A stretch of 64,000 nt of DNA from NCBI GenBank assembly GCA_003344405.1, contig NOWV01000110.1, positions 124,001 to 188,000 of the forward strand, written 5' to 3'. Shown here one piece after another: positions 14,614 through 27,800 of the stretch. Position 1 is the first letter of the stretch. The number at the start of each line of letters is the position of its first letter. This DNA comes from Trichoplax sp. H2. Taxonomy: Eukaryota. The translations under genes and the position numbers were made by a program. Under the pieces are notes generated by a model. The model did not search any database. It was given only the letters and a program-made list of their open reading frames with translations, and was not told the origin of the DNA.

Positions 14614-17600
14614 ATGAATTATTTGAAATTTTCCATCTCGCTTTATGTGGTAAGTTTATCCTTCAATCGATAATTGGGTTCAATATGAGGATAAAAGATG
14701 TCATTTAATGAATTAAAGCTTTATTATATGGATGATGATGATATCATGTTGAAAGTCGATACTTGCCAATCGTAGTCGAGTAGAGTTTCAATTAGAAGAA
14801 AACTATCTCAGTTGGATATTATTAACTCTAAACGATACTATTTTCTCTATTCGTCACGTCGTAAAATAGGAATAAATTTATTATAATTATCTTTCGTAGA
14901 CTAAAATACCATAAGTAGTCAATTTTCTAAACTAAAACGAACATTTTCCAAGAGTCTTTCAGGGCGTTATTAAGATAGTTTATATATGAGTATAACTATT
15001 TACTATTTTCTCTCCTTTTAATTATGGATATGCATGTTTTTAGACTTTAGAATAGCAGATTAACAGATTATTCTTGGCATTACACCCAAGTAATTTTACA
15101 CTAATTGAAAGCTGATTTATTTTCAAAGGAAAATTTGATGATTTCAACCTCGTGCCGATAAATGTTGGCTAGTATCATTAGAAATCTTGTTGGAACCATA
15201 CAGTACTTTTAAACACAGCTACAAATGTTAAACTATTTCAAGTCATCAACTTGAACTTTTACTAGCATTATCTTAGTCCAAGAGTCCAACATCGCTATTC
15301 CATTGGTTCTTGTACCATGCACTGACATCTTAGCTTACATTATTCATTTCTATTTACTTTAAAAATATTCTACTATACCTTCTATTTATTTTCTGTATGA
15401 TGTCACGAGATGAAATTAACTAGCATTGCCAATTACTGTTATTTCTTTAACCTGGACAGAAATACTTTCATGACACATTTTGACTGATTACTTTCACTCG
15501 ATGTGGAAAATCGATTAAAAATCATGATCATTTGGGTCGGTGATACCACTACTATTTCATTTCTTATTTCTACAAATTTCTCACTGGTGTCCGTAATTTA
15601 AAAAATTAAAGACATTATACTACAGGGCTAAATCGCAATAGAAATTTATTCCTATTCATCAATCACCCATTCAATTATTTTACAAATTGAATATATAGTA
15701 TATACTATAGATTTGCCATAAAATGTACCTTTTAGCAAAGTATAAGTTGGCTGGAAAATCACACATTGTAAATTAGTTAAAGGATCATATAATCTATACG
15801 TCTTTATTAAATTTTAATTCTGCCATCTAGTAAATAGTAAACAGTAAGTTTGGCTGATTAAGTATGCTTTAGTTTGAAGTAGAATTAGCAACAATAAATA
15901 TAATTAATTGAATATTCTAGTAGACATTTCTTGCTACTATGCTCAGCAGTATTTTATAGCCTCCAATAGTGGATATTTTGTCAATGACTGTAGTCAAATG
16001 AATCAGTAAATTAACTGAAACAGCAAAACGCTCAGAGAAAGGAATCGTAAGAATTAAACAACTAACATAAAGGGGGGGGGGGTAATCTAAACTCTATGAA
16101 GCTGCTAGAAAATTATCTTCGCCAGTCCTAGAACATATCCTCGAACTCTCATATACAGGACTGGCTGTAATCCTGCGTGCTTTATAGGAACTAAATAATT
16201 TTAAAATTTTAACGTATCACAACTCGTATAATTTGCCCATTTAGCTAACTTTCTAAATTTAAAGAATTAGCGTATCGTTACCAAATTATGATGAAATTAA
16301 AAATGATATTCTTTTCTATTGCGCTTCCTGCTAGGCCTTCATCCTTAGTTTATTTACCAAAAACGATGTGTTTGCTCAGTTGACTATTTCAGAATTATCG
16401 GATCAAATCTTGATAACATCAGTTGACTATTTTGAATCCTCTTTCAGTGGAGGTAAGAAAAAAGAGTAGTGTAATGATCAATTAAATACTCCACCAAATG
16501 AAAGCTAGAAGTAACAATAATAGTGCAGATTGAGCAGGCTATTATCCATTTAATTCTAATTAAAGTATTCATTTTATGCTATCCTCATCGGTAAAGCTCC
16601 TAGCGCGGTTATCCAATCCTCAGCAGCTTTTGTAACAACTACTTCTGCATTAATTATGACCATTTCATCTACTTTACTTCCCACTTCTAACGTTGTTAGT
16701 AGCAAACCATCTGTAGATACCTCGACAAGTTCTCCAATGTCTACTACTACCAGCATTATCCAATCTTCATCAACAGCTTCAGTAGCATCCATAGCAACCT
16801 CTTCAGTAGCATCCACAGCATCCTCTTCAGTAGCTGGAACTACCGCTACTAGTATATCAAGTGCTGCTAGTACATCGGCTACATTAGCTACCACTGGAGC
16901 AAGCAGTCAAACTCCTATAACACCAACTCCAACCACTAATCCTTGCCTTCGTAATCCTTGTGGGCAAAAAGCGGTTTGTGTACTTAATGCGGCTCTCCAA
17001 AGTGGCTATAACTGCCAATGTCGAATAGGCTATTATCAACAAAATTCGACAGTCACTTTACAAAATGACCAAAGTTGCCAAGGTTAGTAAGGAATCTAAG
17101 TTATGCTTGAATGGATATATATATAATTCCAGGATATTAATTCCGAATTATAGCAAACACATAGCATACAGTAGCAAAAATTTAACCATTTATCATAATC
17201 TTCTAAATACTAAACGCTCATGCACTGTAAGTAAAGCTTCTGCAATGTATCCTAATAAAAAGAGCAGCAACCATTATTTCGTTTTAAATTCAACTGTTAA
17301 TAATGAATATCTTCTACTTGTTTTCAATTTCTCAACAGCCGCAAAATACTTTACTGGTAATATTTCTATCAATACTGCCTTCAATAACAATCTCAATGAT
17401 CCTAATAACGTAGAAGGAAAGAAAATTCGAAATCAGGCTAAACTTGAAGTCAGTTAAAAATTCTAGCATTCCATTAATTATAGTTGGATTACTGTATGTC
17501 TAGGCCAGATCAAGCAATAAACTAAAATTCATTCTTATTGTTACCCATCTTTCTAGTTGGAAAAAGCCATCAGAAACTCTTCAGACACCGCTCAAAATTT

Positions 17601-19161
17601 CTTAAGTGTCGTTATCGAAAAGATTAGGTTAGTCAAGTGGCCATAATTAGATATTTTTAGAAGTTCACATATCTTTTAGGAATAGACTATTGCATGATAT
17701 AACGTAGAGTATTCTAATTTTACATAAACTTGTTTTTCTTAGCCAAAAACCTGGTGGTGGCATTACAATTTCATTTTATGCTGTATATGGTGCCAATGCA
17801 GCGGTTCTGCCTGCTGCTATTCAGAGTACCGTGGAAAATAACGTTCAGAGCATTGATAATTATAATGTTACTCAAGTTGCAGCAATAACACGTAAGATCA
17901 ATTGATAGCTTGCTGGTTAAAATTTTCTATTTTTAGTTAATACAACGTTGCATCAATTTAAAAACTCATACGATTTTATATACTGTTGCCAAAGTGTTGA
18001 TACGTATCAAGAGAATAACAAGAGTTATTATGATTTCATATTATAGAAACTAACGAATGTCAACTTGCCAACGATCCATGTTCTGGAGTGATGCAGGAAT
18101 GTCAAGACACGAATGATGGTTATACTTGTAAAGTCTGCACAACAGAACAGTATTTTAATTCTTCTACAAAGAAATGCACAGGTAATAATGATTGATATAA
18201 AGTGCGATGAGTTTAATACTGCTATCATATTTCTCTCTACTTTCTCACTAAAATGCAGAATAGGCTATAATAATAGCTCATCGTTAATATATTCACAAAC
18301 CTTGTTCAGTCTTTTAATTTACAGAATGAAAGCTTTTACTTATTTGTAAATTGACTATTTTGATTAGCTAAGCCTATAAAGAGTTGTCCCAGTCTATGTC
18401 TCAATGGGGGCACTTGCCAGACTTCTCTTTCAGTTCCTACTTGCAGGTAATCCTTTACTCATTTTAGGCTATTATTCATCGAAATTTTAGACTAGAGTGA
18501 TACTTGGATCATAAGCATTTTTAATTGGGTAGAAAAATATAAAATAGATGTCAATTCGATCTAATTTTCTAGCTGTACTCAATTTTTTACCGGTTCCGCG
18601 TGTGAAAGTCTTTCTAGTAAGATCTTTAACATTAAGTTAATGAAAAAATGAATAATGCTGTACACAGAAATCATTTCTGAAACTAAGACTTTCATTGTTT
18701 TTAATCTATACCTTCTATAGCTTTAACTATCATTTTAATTACCAGTGGTAGCACCGTCTTGGTCTTGGTTGTCATTACTCTAGTAGTATGCTTAATTTAT
18801 AAGAAAAGACAGCGGTAATGCAAAATTAGGAATTTCGTACATTATTTTGTAATAATGAGTTGACATTAATACGATATACAATTACAGATTAGTTCTATAT
18901 TATTATACCTAAAGTTATTTTTAAATTATTCGTCATTCCTGTAGACCTATTAGATCAGGTACGAATTTATACGAAAATTCTGAGGACGGTAAAGGCCACG
19001 TTAACAATTACTATGAGATGGCAACAACGGAAGATTACGCAGAAGTGGATGCGGGAGTTCCTAAGCGACCATATGCCGGCGTGCTTGGTGGAAATCAAAC
19101 TACCGTCATTTATGATAGTAAACAAGCTTTAATTCGCCAGAGCCGAATATTCGAGGAATAG
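14614..19161 (+). CDS. Transmembrane mucin-like receptor A: SP - S/T-rich - EGF - SEA - EGF - EGF - TM - Tyr-containing tail (MUC13/MUC17-like architecture); exons 14614-14649, 16335-16452, 16597-17082, 17339-17448, 17557-17627, 17743-17891, 18047-18181, 18368-18446, 18573-18616, 18721-18814, 18945-19161 (512 aa)
   Basis: All junctions are GT-AG and phase-compatible, total 1539 nt. Translation gives signal peptide MNYLKFSISLYVAFILSLFTKNDVFA, an S/T/A-rich tract, EGF NPCLRNPC...CQC, a SEA-like segment (YFTGNISINTAFNNNLNDP...VVIEKISQKPGGGITISF), EGFs TNECQLANDPC and SCPSLCLNGGTC, TM LTIILITSGSTVLVLVVITLVVCLIY + KKRQR, and a tail ending RIFEE*. Exon 1 is the least certain. Confidence 0.87.
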
Positions 19162-19831
19162 CATGGCAATGACTCTACTTAATTAGTTTAATGTACTTGC
19201 TTTTCTTTTTACAATATGGCAAGATCATATAAAATATTGTAAAGCATTCTTCCAACGCCGGGCTGAATATCCCTCAATGTTTTTTAATGCAATATTCAGG
19301 AAAAGTTCAACTGATCGTGAGTACTTTAATTGCTTGAAACATTGTACTAGACATGGATTTAATCAATATTTATCATTACTATTACTGTTAATTTTTGTGT
19401 ACCGGTAATAATATGATTAGTTTTAAATTTCAATGAATACCAATCACGTAAATAAGCCATCGATTTATAGTTGGTGCTAAGCCTGGCCAGCAGTTTTAAA
19501 TTACCGGTAATAGGGCTTAAGTTTTGGTGCATCGATTCAACCAAAAATTGACAATATTTTTAATTTATGGAATGATGATCTATAAAAGAGATTATAAATG
19601 AAATCTAAACCATTACGAGATGTATTTTTAAATCAAGCTTTGTCATTTTTAAAAGTAATGATATATATTACACATATACAGTAAATGATTGGCTTATAGA
19701 TCTGTAAACTCTTCCTTGTTAATGTATGAAACTCCACTTTGATAAGAAAAATTAGAATTGTAACATCTTGGCAAACATTCCTTGAACGATCATTCATATT
19801 TCGGACTCTTTTGCCATTTGATAATAAATCA

Positions 19832-20463
19832 TTTATTCCTAAGATGATTAGTGTGATATTTATCCTCGTTGTCGATCTATTTTTGCGCGCTGTCTCCGTA
19901 TTTTCTATCAGATTGTTTATAAAGTATGTGCAATCTGCTATTCAAATAAACGGTAAGTGCGTACTATGAACGTTCTATGTTTATGCTCTGATTTTAATGA
20001 TAGTAAAAAAATACTTTTGGTGTAACAGCATGATAATGTCATCAATTCATTGTGACGATTACTGTAATTAGCAGTACTAGGAAAAGTGATGGATAAGGTT
20101 TCTATTTGGTCATGGATTACTCAAATAGCAATACTAGTAATAAATAATTTATTCCTGAAATGGATAGCGTGATATTTATTCTCGCTTTCGAACTGTTTTT
20201 GCGCGCTGGATTAGAGTTCTCGGTATTTTCTATCATCTCGTTAATGAAATATGTGCAATCGACTTTTGAAATAAGCCATCAATACGTACCATGAACGTTC
20301 TATATTTGTGCTCTGATTTTGATAATGGTAAAAATCATTTTAGGATAACAGCATGATAATATAACCAATTATTATTTTACCAATTAATTGTGTCTGTGTG
20401 TAATATGATTACTAGTGCTAGCTAGGAAGTGATGGTTAAGGTTTCTATTTGGGTATGGATTAC
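19832..20463. repeat. Diverged direct duplication (~316-bp period, 2 copies)
   Basis: TTTATTCCT...GATATTTAT...TTTTTGCGCGCTG...ATGAACGTTCTAT...AAGGTTTCTATTTGG..ATGGATTAC occurs at 19832-20120 and 20148-20463. Confidence 0.85.
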
Positions 20464-21646
20464 ACTAAAATTATTTTTTAAGTGGCCCATGATTCTATGG
20501 TTCGGGATTAGGGTTAGGTTTTAAATTAAATACTCGTAAGACAGATCTTTGGAAATGAGCTGATTTATCGATATGTCATGGAATACTAGTAGGGTAATAT
20601 CATCTGAAGCTCCTGTATTCGAGTATTTCTAATTGCCTATCTACTACCGTACTTAGTAGAGGCTATAAAGGGGATAAATCGAGCCTATCTATGTGCTAGT
20701 CAAGCTGTAAGCGAGTTACCATAAGTTAATGTGTACGTCATGATAGCAGCTTTCATAATTCGTACTGCACAATCTATGTAATCCGATTCGAAATCATAAA
20801 TTTCATAGCAAGCCATTTTATTTCATTGCGATTGACGTAAATTATTATCGACATCGGGGATGAAATAGGATCATCAAACATAATCTAGCATAAGTAAGTC
20901 GAAATGATGGCTAAACAGGCCATGATGCCAATGTAGAATATAGGCCGTAAGCAACGTTTTAAGTCATCGGATATACGTTTCAAAAGATGTTTATTGCCGC
21001 AATGAACATTTTGAACGTTTCTATTTACGTTAAGTTGTTAGTAGTAAATTTGAATTGGGCGACCCGTTGCGTATATTAGATATAAATGATCAGGAAAATA
21101 AATAATGCATAATGTTTCATTGCTGATGGTGGCAAGAATTTTCGAATCAATATCAACCAGTTAGAGAATTTCATGATGGCGTATTTTTATTACAGAATAG
21201 AGGCTACAGAGTTTCAACACCTTCATAACTAACTTAAACTATAAGCAAAGGCGACGGACTGTGTCGTCTATAACCTTGGCTTGTTTTGAAACACAAGTAA
21301 TTGATTATCATTATAGGCAATCAAGCATTCGTTAAGGCCAATTAACAAGTTACACTACAACACTGTAAATGTAAATACTTATAGATATTTACTGATTCCA
21401 TTTTCACTAGTTAATTAAGCTTCAGTAATAATATAATCGAGCGAAAGCAAAAGTACGTATGCGTACAGAACTCAATTCAAAACTACGCTTACAAATTAAA
21501 TAGTGCAAACACGATTGTATATAGACGTTGGATACTAACTCAGATGCAAATCATATTATAGGTAGGGTAAAAAAACTGAACGAATAATATCAAACGTAAA
21601 CTGCGAGTAATTTGGCCATAACAATCCTTTCAAAAGCGCTAGGATG

Positions 21647-22987
21647 CTATTGATCTTTAGTTAGACTCGGTTCGGCGGATGCAGAAGCTGTACTTTCTGT
21701 AGGATTTTCATTTATACCAACATTATTATCCATGATGGACTCTTTACCTTCATATTGGCTATAAGCTTTTAGATCGGTTTCAAATTGTTCCACTTGATTT
21801 TCATGTACATTGATGTAATCCTCCGTAGTCTGCTGATTGCCATCTGCATCAATCAATGTTGTTAGCGTATGCTTTCGATCGCCAATACTTCTTGTGACAG
21901 TCACTTTCTTCTCTCCGTTACTTTTTGTGATGGTCGATTTATGATAGGTGTATCTCGCCTTGTCAATATTCTGATTTGCTTGTTTTGAAGAAGAATTATC
22001 CTCTTGCATTTTCCCCTCGCTCTCTTGGGGAAATGCGCGATTGTACATAGCGTTTCTTAATTTTAGATGGTGTTGAAACATGCTTTGAGGCGATAGTTCA
22101 TCTAATGCTTCTTCAACAAATCTTAATGGCCATGCTGGCATGGAGCCAAACCATGGAGAGAACGGCTTACACCTTGCAATGGATGTTTTATAGTATACAT
22201 CATTATCATCCCGGTTATTCTGACTGGAACTATTTTCAGACTGCTTTGTCGTTGTTTTGCCACTTAAATTCTTGGCTTGAGCTTGATTTTCATCGTGAGA
22301 CGGTTGATTTTGTTCCGCGGAAGCATGGCTTGATTCATCTTTCGTTTTACATTGTGATTTGTGTCCACTTTCCTCTTTCCCATGTGATTTTCGATCAGTC
22401 GTTTTAACTTCCCTTAATTTTTCCAAGTGGTTGATGAGCGGATTGAAGAAGCATGCCTCCGATAGAAAGGGGGGTCTAGCCAGTCTTCTCAAATGCCTAT
22501 CAACAATGTAGACGTCCATATAGAAAAAAATCAATAAAAAAAAATCATCATGATCGAACTTTCCTTCAATTTATCAGATACCCTTCTAAAACAACATGCA
22601 TGAAACAGAATTTTATAACAATAATTCTGCAGAATTTCTGCTACAGTACTGCTGAGCGATCGATATGAATGTAAATAAAAAAAAAATCATCATTTTAATT
22701 CATTCCCAAACATCAAGTAAAAACACGCCGTCGCTATTGCATCATTGCTGATCAACATCATCACGGCTTCAATATCGATCAATGAGGTCGATTTTTCTTA
22801 GCAATGAGACATGACTAAAGCATCGGCTACCATCGTTCAGCAAACAAGGATATTGGATCTATCTACATGTGCAACTATACTACCATGGCAAGTGGCTGGC
22901 GGAGGCCCAGCTATCCAGGACGATTGCTCGCGGAGATTGATGCACCGCATAAGTCACCGTTCTCTGTACTACCGCACGGATGGACAT
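21647..22987 (-). CDS. HAX1-like / MLF-related protein, paralog 1; exons 22987-22884 and 22496-21647 (317 aa)
   Basis: Exon 1 MSIRAVV...PRAIVLDSWASASHLPW is homologous to exon 1 of paralog 2, with a phase-2 intron in a Trp codon. The C-terminal KSTITKSNGEKKVTVTRSIGDRKHTLTTLIDADGNQQTTEDYINVHENQVEQFE resembles, from memory, the C-terminal block of invertebrate HAX1-like and MLF proteins. The family call needs HMM confirmation. Confidence 0.75.
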
Positions 22988-23147
22988 TTTCCCAGCAGAT
23001 CCAATTGGCAATTCTTCCAACAACTTATTTTTTTCAACGCTAAAGCAGTTGCAATGTGGCTTGCCCTAATTAATGGAACAACTGAAAGAATTGAAGCTCT
23101 TTTCCAACTTGGACAGAAAATGATATTTATATCCAGATACCGGTATC

Positions 23148-23225
23148 TATATATATGGGGCGGAGGACCGCTGCCGAACTGCTTGTTTACCTATGAAGAT
23201 TTTGCCCGAGTTTTCTGGCTTTTTC
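23148..23225 (-). promoter_or_regulatory. Putative promoter of HAX1-like paralog 1: TATA, GC-box, degenerate HSE
   Basis: TATATATAT at 23148-23156, GGGGCGGAGG at 23157-23166 and GAGttTTCtgGCTttTTC at 23208-23225, about 160-240 bp upstream of the ATG. Confidence 0.45.
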
Positions 23226-23296
23226 TACGGTATCGCCTTACCGTACGCACAGTACTTTGCATTGTCATCATGCATTGTAACATGCGCCGTCATGCT

Positions 23297-23680
23297 TTTC
23301 ATACTAACTAGTACTAAGTTTAATTTATAACTAATACCAAGTTTTCATACTAACTAGTACTAAGTTTTATTTATAACTAGTACTAAGTTTAATTTATAAC
23401 TAATACCAAGTTTTCATACTAACTAGTACTAAGTTTTACTTATAACTAGTACTAACTTTTATAACTAACTAATACCAAGTTTTCATACTAACTAGTACTA
23501 AGTTTTATTTATAACTAGTACTAACTTTTATTTATAACTAGTACTAAGTTTTCATACGAACTAGCACTAAGTTCTATGTATAACTAGTACTAAATTTTCA
23601 TACTAACTGGTACTAAGTTTTATTTATAGCTAGTACCAAGTTTTCATACTAACTAGTACTAAGTTTTCATACTAACTAGC
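23297..23680. repeat. AT-rich minisatellite of mixed short units (TTTCATACTAACTAGTACTAAG / TTTATAACTAGTACTAAG / ACTAATACCAAG)
   Basis: More than a dozen recurrences of the ACTAGTACTAA/ACTAATACCAA core are directly visible. Confidence 0.9.
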
Positions 23681-24044
23681 TGCCATAGCCTGGCAAGGCC
23701 TCTTGCAGTACTTTACACTGTACTTTACAGTACTTTTGCAATGCCATCGTACCATACCTACTGGACATTCGTCAGCAAAATTGCCGCATCACTTTCTATC
23801 CAACGACACGAATAACACTTTCCGTTCTATAGTACAGTATATCCAATTGCAGACTCCAATTTGGTTGGCAGATCGGACAGCGAAGGATCGTGATGATGTA
23901 ATATTGCCAGCAATTTTTGCAGGCAGGAGGTGGGTTGGCTCGAGCATTTGCATATCCACAATTCATGGTCAATACTATCAATCAAGGATAGTAATACCAA
24001 TAGAAAATCAATGACGAACATCAATTGATTGACTTTAAACAGCC

Positions 24045-24870
24045 TAAACTGTAAATAATTTGCAAGTGGAGGCTGCAAAGTAAGAGCAAAGGTCCTCCGA
24101 TTCCTTCTGTCATTGTGGTGGTGTGTCAATAGTGTACAGTCGACTTTTGAATGGTGCAACGGGAAGAGCATTTGCATCTCGAAAATTAGAGAATTGTAGA
24201 AGATTAATCAATGACTAAAATAAAATGAATTCATTGAACCTAAACGGTCTAAATTGTATCAATACTTTGCAAATGTAGAGTCAAAAGTAAGAGCAAAGGC
24301 CCTCCTATTTATTCGTTCATCGTAGTAATGTGTCTATAGTGCACGCTTGACTTTTGAACGGTGCAACGGGAAGAGCATTTGCATCTCGAGAATTAGAGAA
24401 TTGTAGAAGATCAATCAATGACTAAAATAAAATGAATTCATTGAACCTAAACGGTCTAAACTGTATCAATACTTTGCAAATGTAGAGTCAAAAGTAAGAG
24501 CAAAGGCCCTCCTATTTATTCGTTCATCGTGGTAGTGTGTCTATAGTGCACACTTGACTTTTGAACGGTGCAACGGGAAGAGCATTTGCATCTCGAGAAT
24601 TGTAGAAGATCAATCAATGACTAAAATAAAATGAACTCATTGACCCTAACCGGTCTCAACTGTATCAATACTTTGCAAATGTAGAGTCTAAAGTAAGAGC
24701 AAAGGCCCTCCTATTTATTCTTTCATCGTGGTGGTATGTCATGAACGCCCTAAACTGTACATTATACAATAAATACTTTGCATAAGTAGTGTGCAAAGTA
24801 AAAGCAAAGGCCCTCCCATTATTTTTTTCCCATCGTAGCGGTGTGTCAATAGTGCACAGTTGACTTCTTA
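24045..24870. repeat. Tandem array of a ~207-bp unit (three full copies plus partial copies)
   Basis: The anchor GTAA(G/A)AGCAAAGG recurs at 24080, 24287, 24494, 24693 and 24798. Confidence 0.9.
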
Positions 24871-27800
24871 GCGGCCAACATTTGCTGTAGGTTAGCTGTA
24901 AAACGAGCTGGTCTTGTAAGGCAGAAGGATAACTTTTGCTCGATTGCACCGCCATGAAGTGATCGATCGATTTGGATTGAAAATTATGCATCGTTTAGTT
25001 AATGATGTAATATTGCTTAATCAAATTTGCAGTTTCTTTTTTTATTTGCTTTCATTGCGATAAGATTACAGCCAAGATGAGTTGTTCCTGACATGAAATG
25101 ATAAACCATCTGATTTATGGCCATGTGTGGAATTGAAAATGGAATAGTATTTTGCAGCAGACTAATCGCTTTTTCGTGGTCACATTACCAAGAAATGGCC
25201 ACTATAGGATCTTTATTTGGAGCGCTGTGTGATAATAATTGCACTCTCAGAGTAGACCCATCTTGACGTTGTGGAATACTTGTAGATGATGCAATCATGC
25301 AGAAAATTGCATCTTTTTTTTCTATACGTTACAGTATGTCAAAATCGTTGGTCCATCTATTGGACTAGTGTATTTTTTCTTGAGCTCAGGTGATTGAGTT
25401 TAGAGTCAAATTCTTGCTTGTAATAACCGGCATGAAAATTACGTAAGTCATTTTGTACTGCTGTGCTTCTAAACTGTTGGATGGATTGATAGAATGATTA
25501 GGTTGCCGGGATCTATAAACAATCTGTGGCCGACTTATCACTATACCATTAAAATGTACATTTTTAATGATATATCCATTGGATAGATAGTAAAGACTAA
25601 TTTACTGACGATTTAACGTTGGGGATCGAATTCAACAATTCTTCAAACACGTCAGGTATTACTCCTAACATCATCCAAGTGGCAGAGAACTAAACTGTAA
25701 CGATACCCTTTCCCGAGAGCAAGCTACTAACATCCCAAACAGCCAATATGGAGTTTCACGTATTCTGATTTTACGAATTTAACTTAACAGATTACTTGTT
25801 TTGGATCACTATAATCTAGAAACCAAGTCGCCATATCATGTCGGTATAGAAATCATACAAGAGAAATGAATTGAGATGGAAAAGATACCATGGTTAGGAA
25901 CTACAATCAAAAAATTGGTACCTTTCCCTCCCCACTCTTCCACTTTATGAAGGAGACAAAATTTATGTAGTAATCCTTGCTATAGCCTAACGGCTAGACC
26001 ATCTGATGACGAGGATGATTAAAGAGAACTTGAGAAATAGATGAACAGTAATATCCGACTCCCTGTAGTTTTGATGAGTCCGGTAAAGCTAACGCTTTCA
26101 ATCTCAACCCTATCGTCCTTCCTGTACGGATATGCTGTTGAGTAAAACTAATGGTTAATAATACCCTAATACCCAGAATAAAATCACAGGCCAAGAATTC
26201 TTGGCAAGTGATATATAAAATATCAAAAGAATGTTTGAGAGCACATAAATTATCTACGATATAAGTTTTAACCTTTACCTGTCATAAATAGGAGTCTTTC
26301 ATAGTAAATCAATTACGAAATTTCGACTGTGTAAAAATAACTCCTACAATATTTAATACTTCTAAATTTCCCCCAATTTACGCTTACTTTGATGTATCAC
26401 TGGATATAGAGGAGGTTGGCTAATGATGTTTCACCAACATCATTCAAATGACATGCTAATAATCATTCTAAGTATTTTCCAATAAAATATTGAAATGCCC
26501 TCGCTATAGCTAGTAATGTACCACTTTACGATATATAATATTACTTACTTATTTTTATTTAATAATTTGCACCGTGGAAATCCATACATCTAATCTACTT
26601 CAATAGTGGATGGATCATTCATTCATTCAGTATTGCCTTGGTCATCATTATAGCCGTCGATCTTAAGCAGATTTTAGCGCTTGTTGCAGCTATTCGTCTG
26701 AAATTAATAATTAGAAATAAAAACTTCTTCGCCCGCCTATTCTTTCTTCTCTCTACTCTGTCTCAGCTGCAACACTTTGTTGTTTAAACCTATTCTTACG
26801 CGATTTGCGATTCATTCAATGTCAATCATAAAATGCAAGTGCAGCTGTCTGTTAATTGCCAAATCATGTATCCGTGATACGTAAATTTTTACGAGTTGAA
26901 TATATCGGACTTTTGTTGTTAAGCAAGTACGTGGGTCATAACTTTTAAAGCAGCAACATTGAGATAATAACGAAGTCTAGAATAGATCGTATGCAAGTTA
27001 TAGCACTTATAGTAGGTAAATTTCCTTGATTTCACAGTCAATGTCATAAAATTGTTTGGGGTTTCGTGAAAATTAATAGAAATAAACGCAATAAGCAGAA
27101 TCCTGAATTGTCAAATTTCTTTAAATATCGACTAATTTTAACAAATACAATTTTACGTTGGAAAAATATTACAATTTAATGATATGCAAATTTATTTGTC
27201 CTCATCTAAACAGTCGCCTAGAAATGGATCCATCATCAAGGCCACTATACAAATTAATCCAAGATCAGCGTCTATTATATCATAACACGAAGAGTAAATT
27301 AAACTTTCAACAATAGATGATTGACAATTCCATAAAGGCTAGTATGTTGTATTACCTTCAACATCGATATCAATAGGGATAATTATGTCGATCCCAGAGT
27401 TTCAATGTTTTTTTGATTCCTTTGATTTACTTAGAGGGTATAGTTGCTGAAATTAAATAATAGCAGACCGTAGCTAATTAAATTTTCTATTTAGACTTCT
27501 GCTTTGTTATTTTAAATAATTTATAACGGGTATTTTTGTTCAATGGGTCCGGCTGATCAGAAATTAATGTGACTATCATTTCTTAGTAATTGATACTGAT
27601 GTCTTAGTGACGTATTGTACTCCAAAGTGTTAACAGGGAATAGATTACGCTAAAATACAATATCGATCATAATTATTTAAAAGTCCTAAATTCTAATTCA
27701 GTTATTGATAGATTACGGACGTTAAACAATTATCGGCCTATTAGAAGTGTACCTACATATTATGTACTTGATGTTAGAATCTGAATTTGGCGGTAGGGAA

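Noticed and set aside
16574-16894. Minus-strand Val/Ala/Glu-rich ORF (likewise 54502-54765)
   Set aside because: Antisense shadow of the Ser/Thr-rich mucin exons.
20499-20520. TTAGGGTTAGG telomere-like sequence
   Set aside because: Fewer than two full units; not an interstitial telomeric array.
22811-23311. 166-aa plus-strand ORF
   Set aside because: Antisense to exon 1, 5' UTR and promoter of HAX1-like paralog 1; no recognisable protein features.
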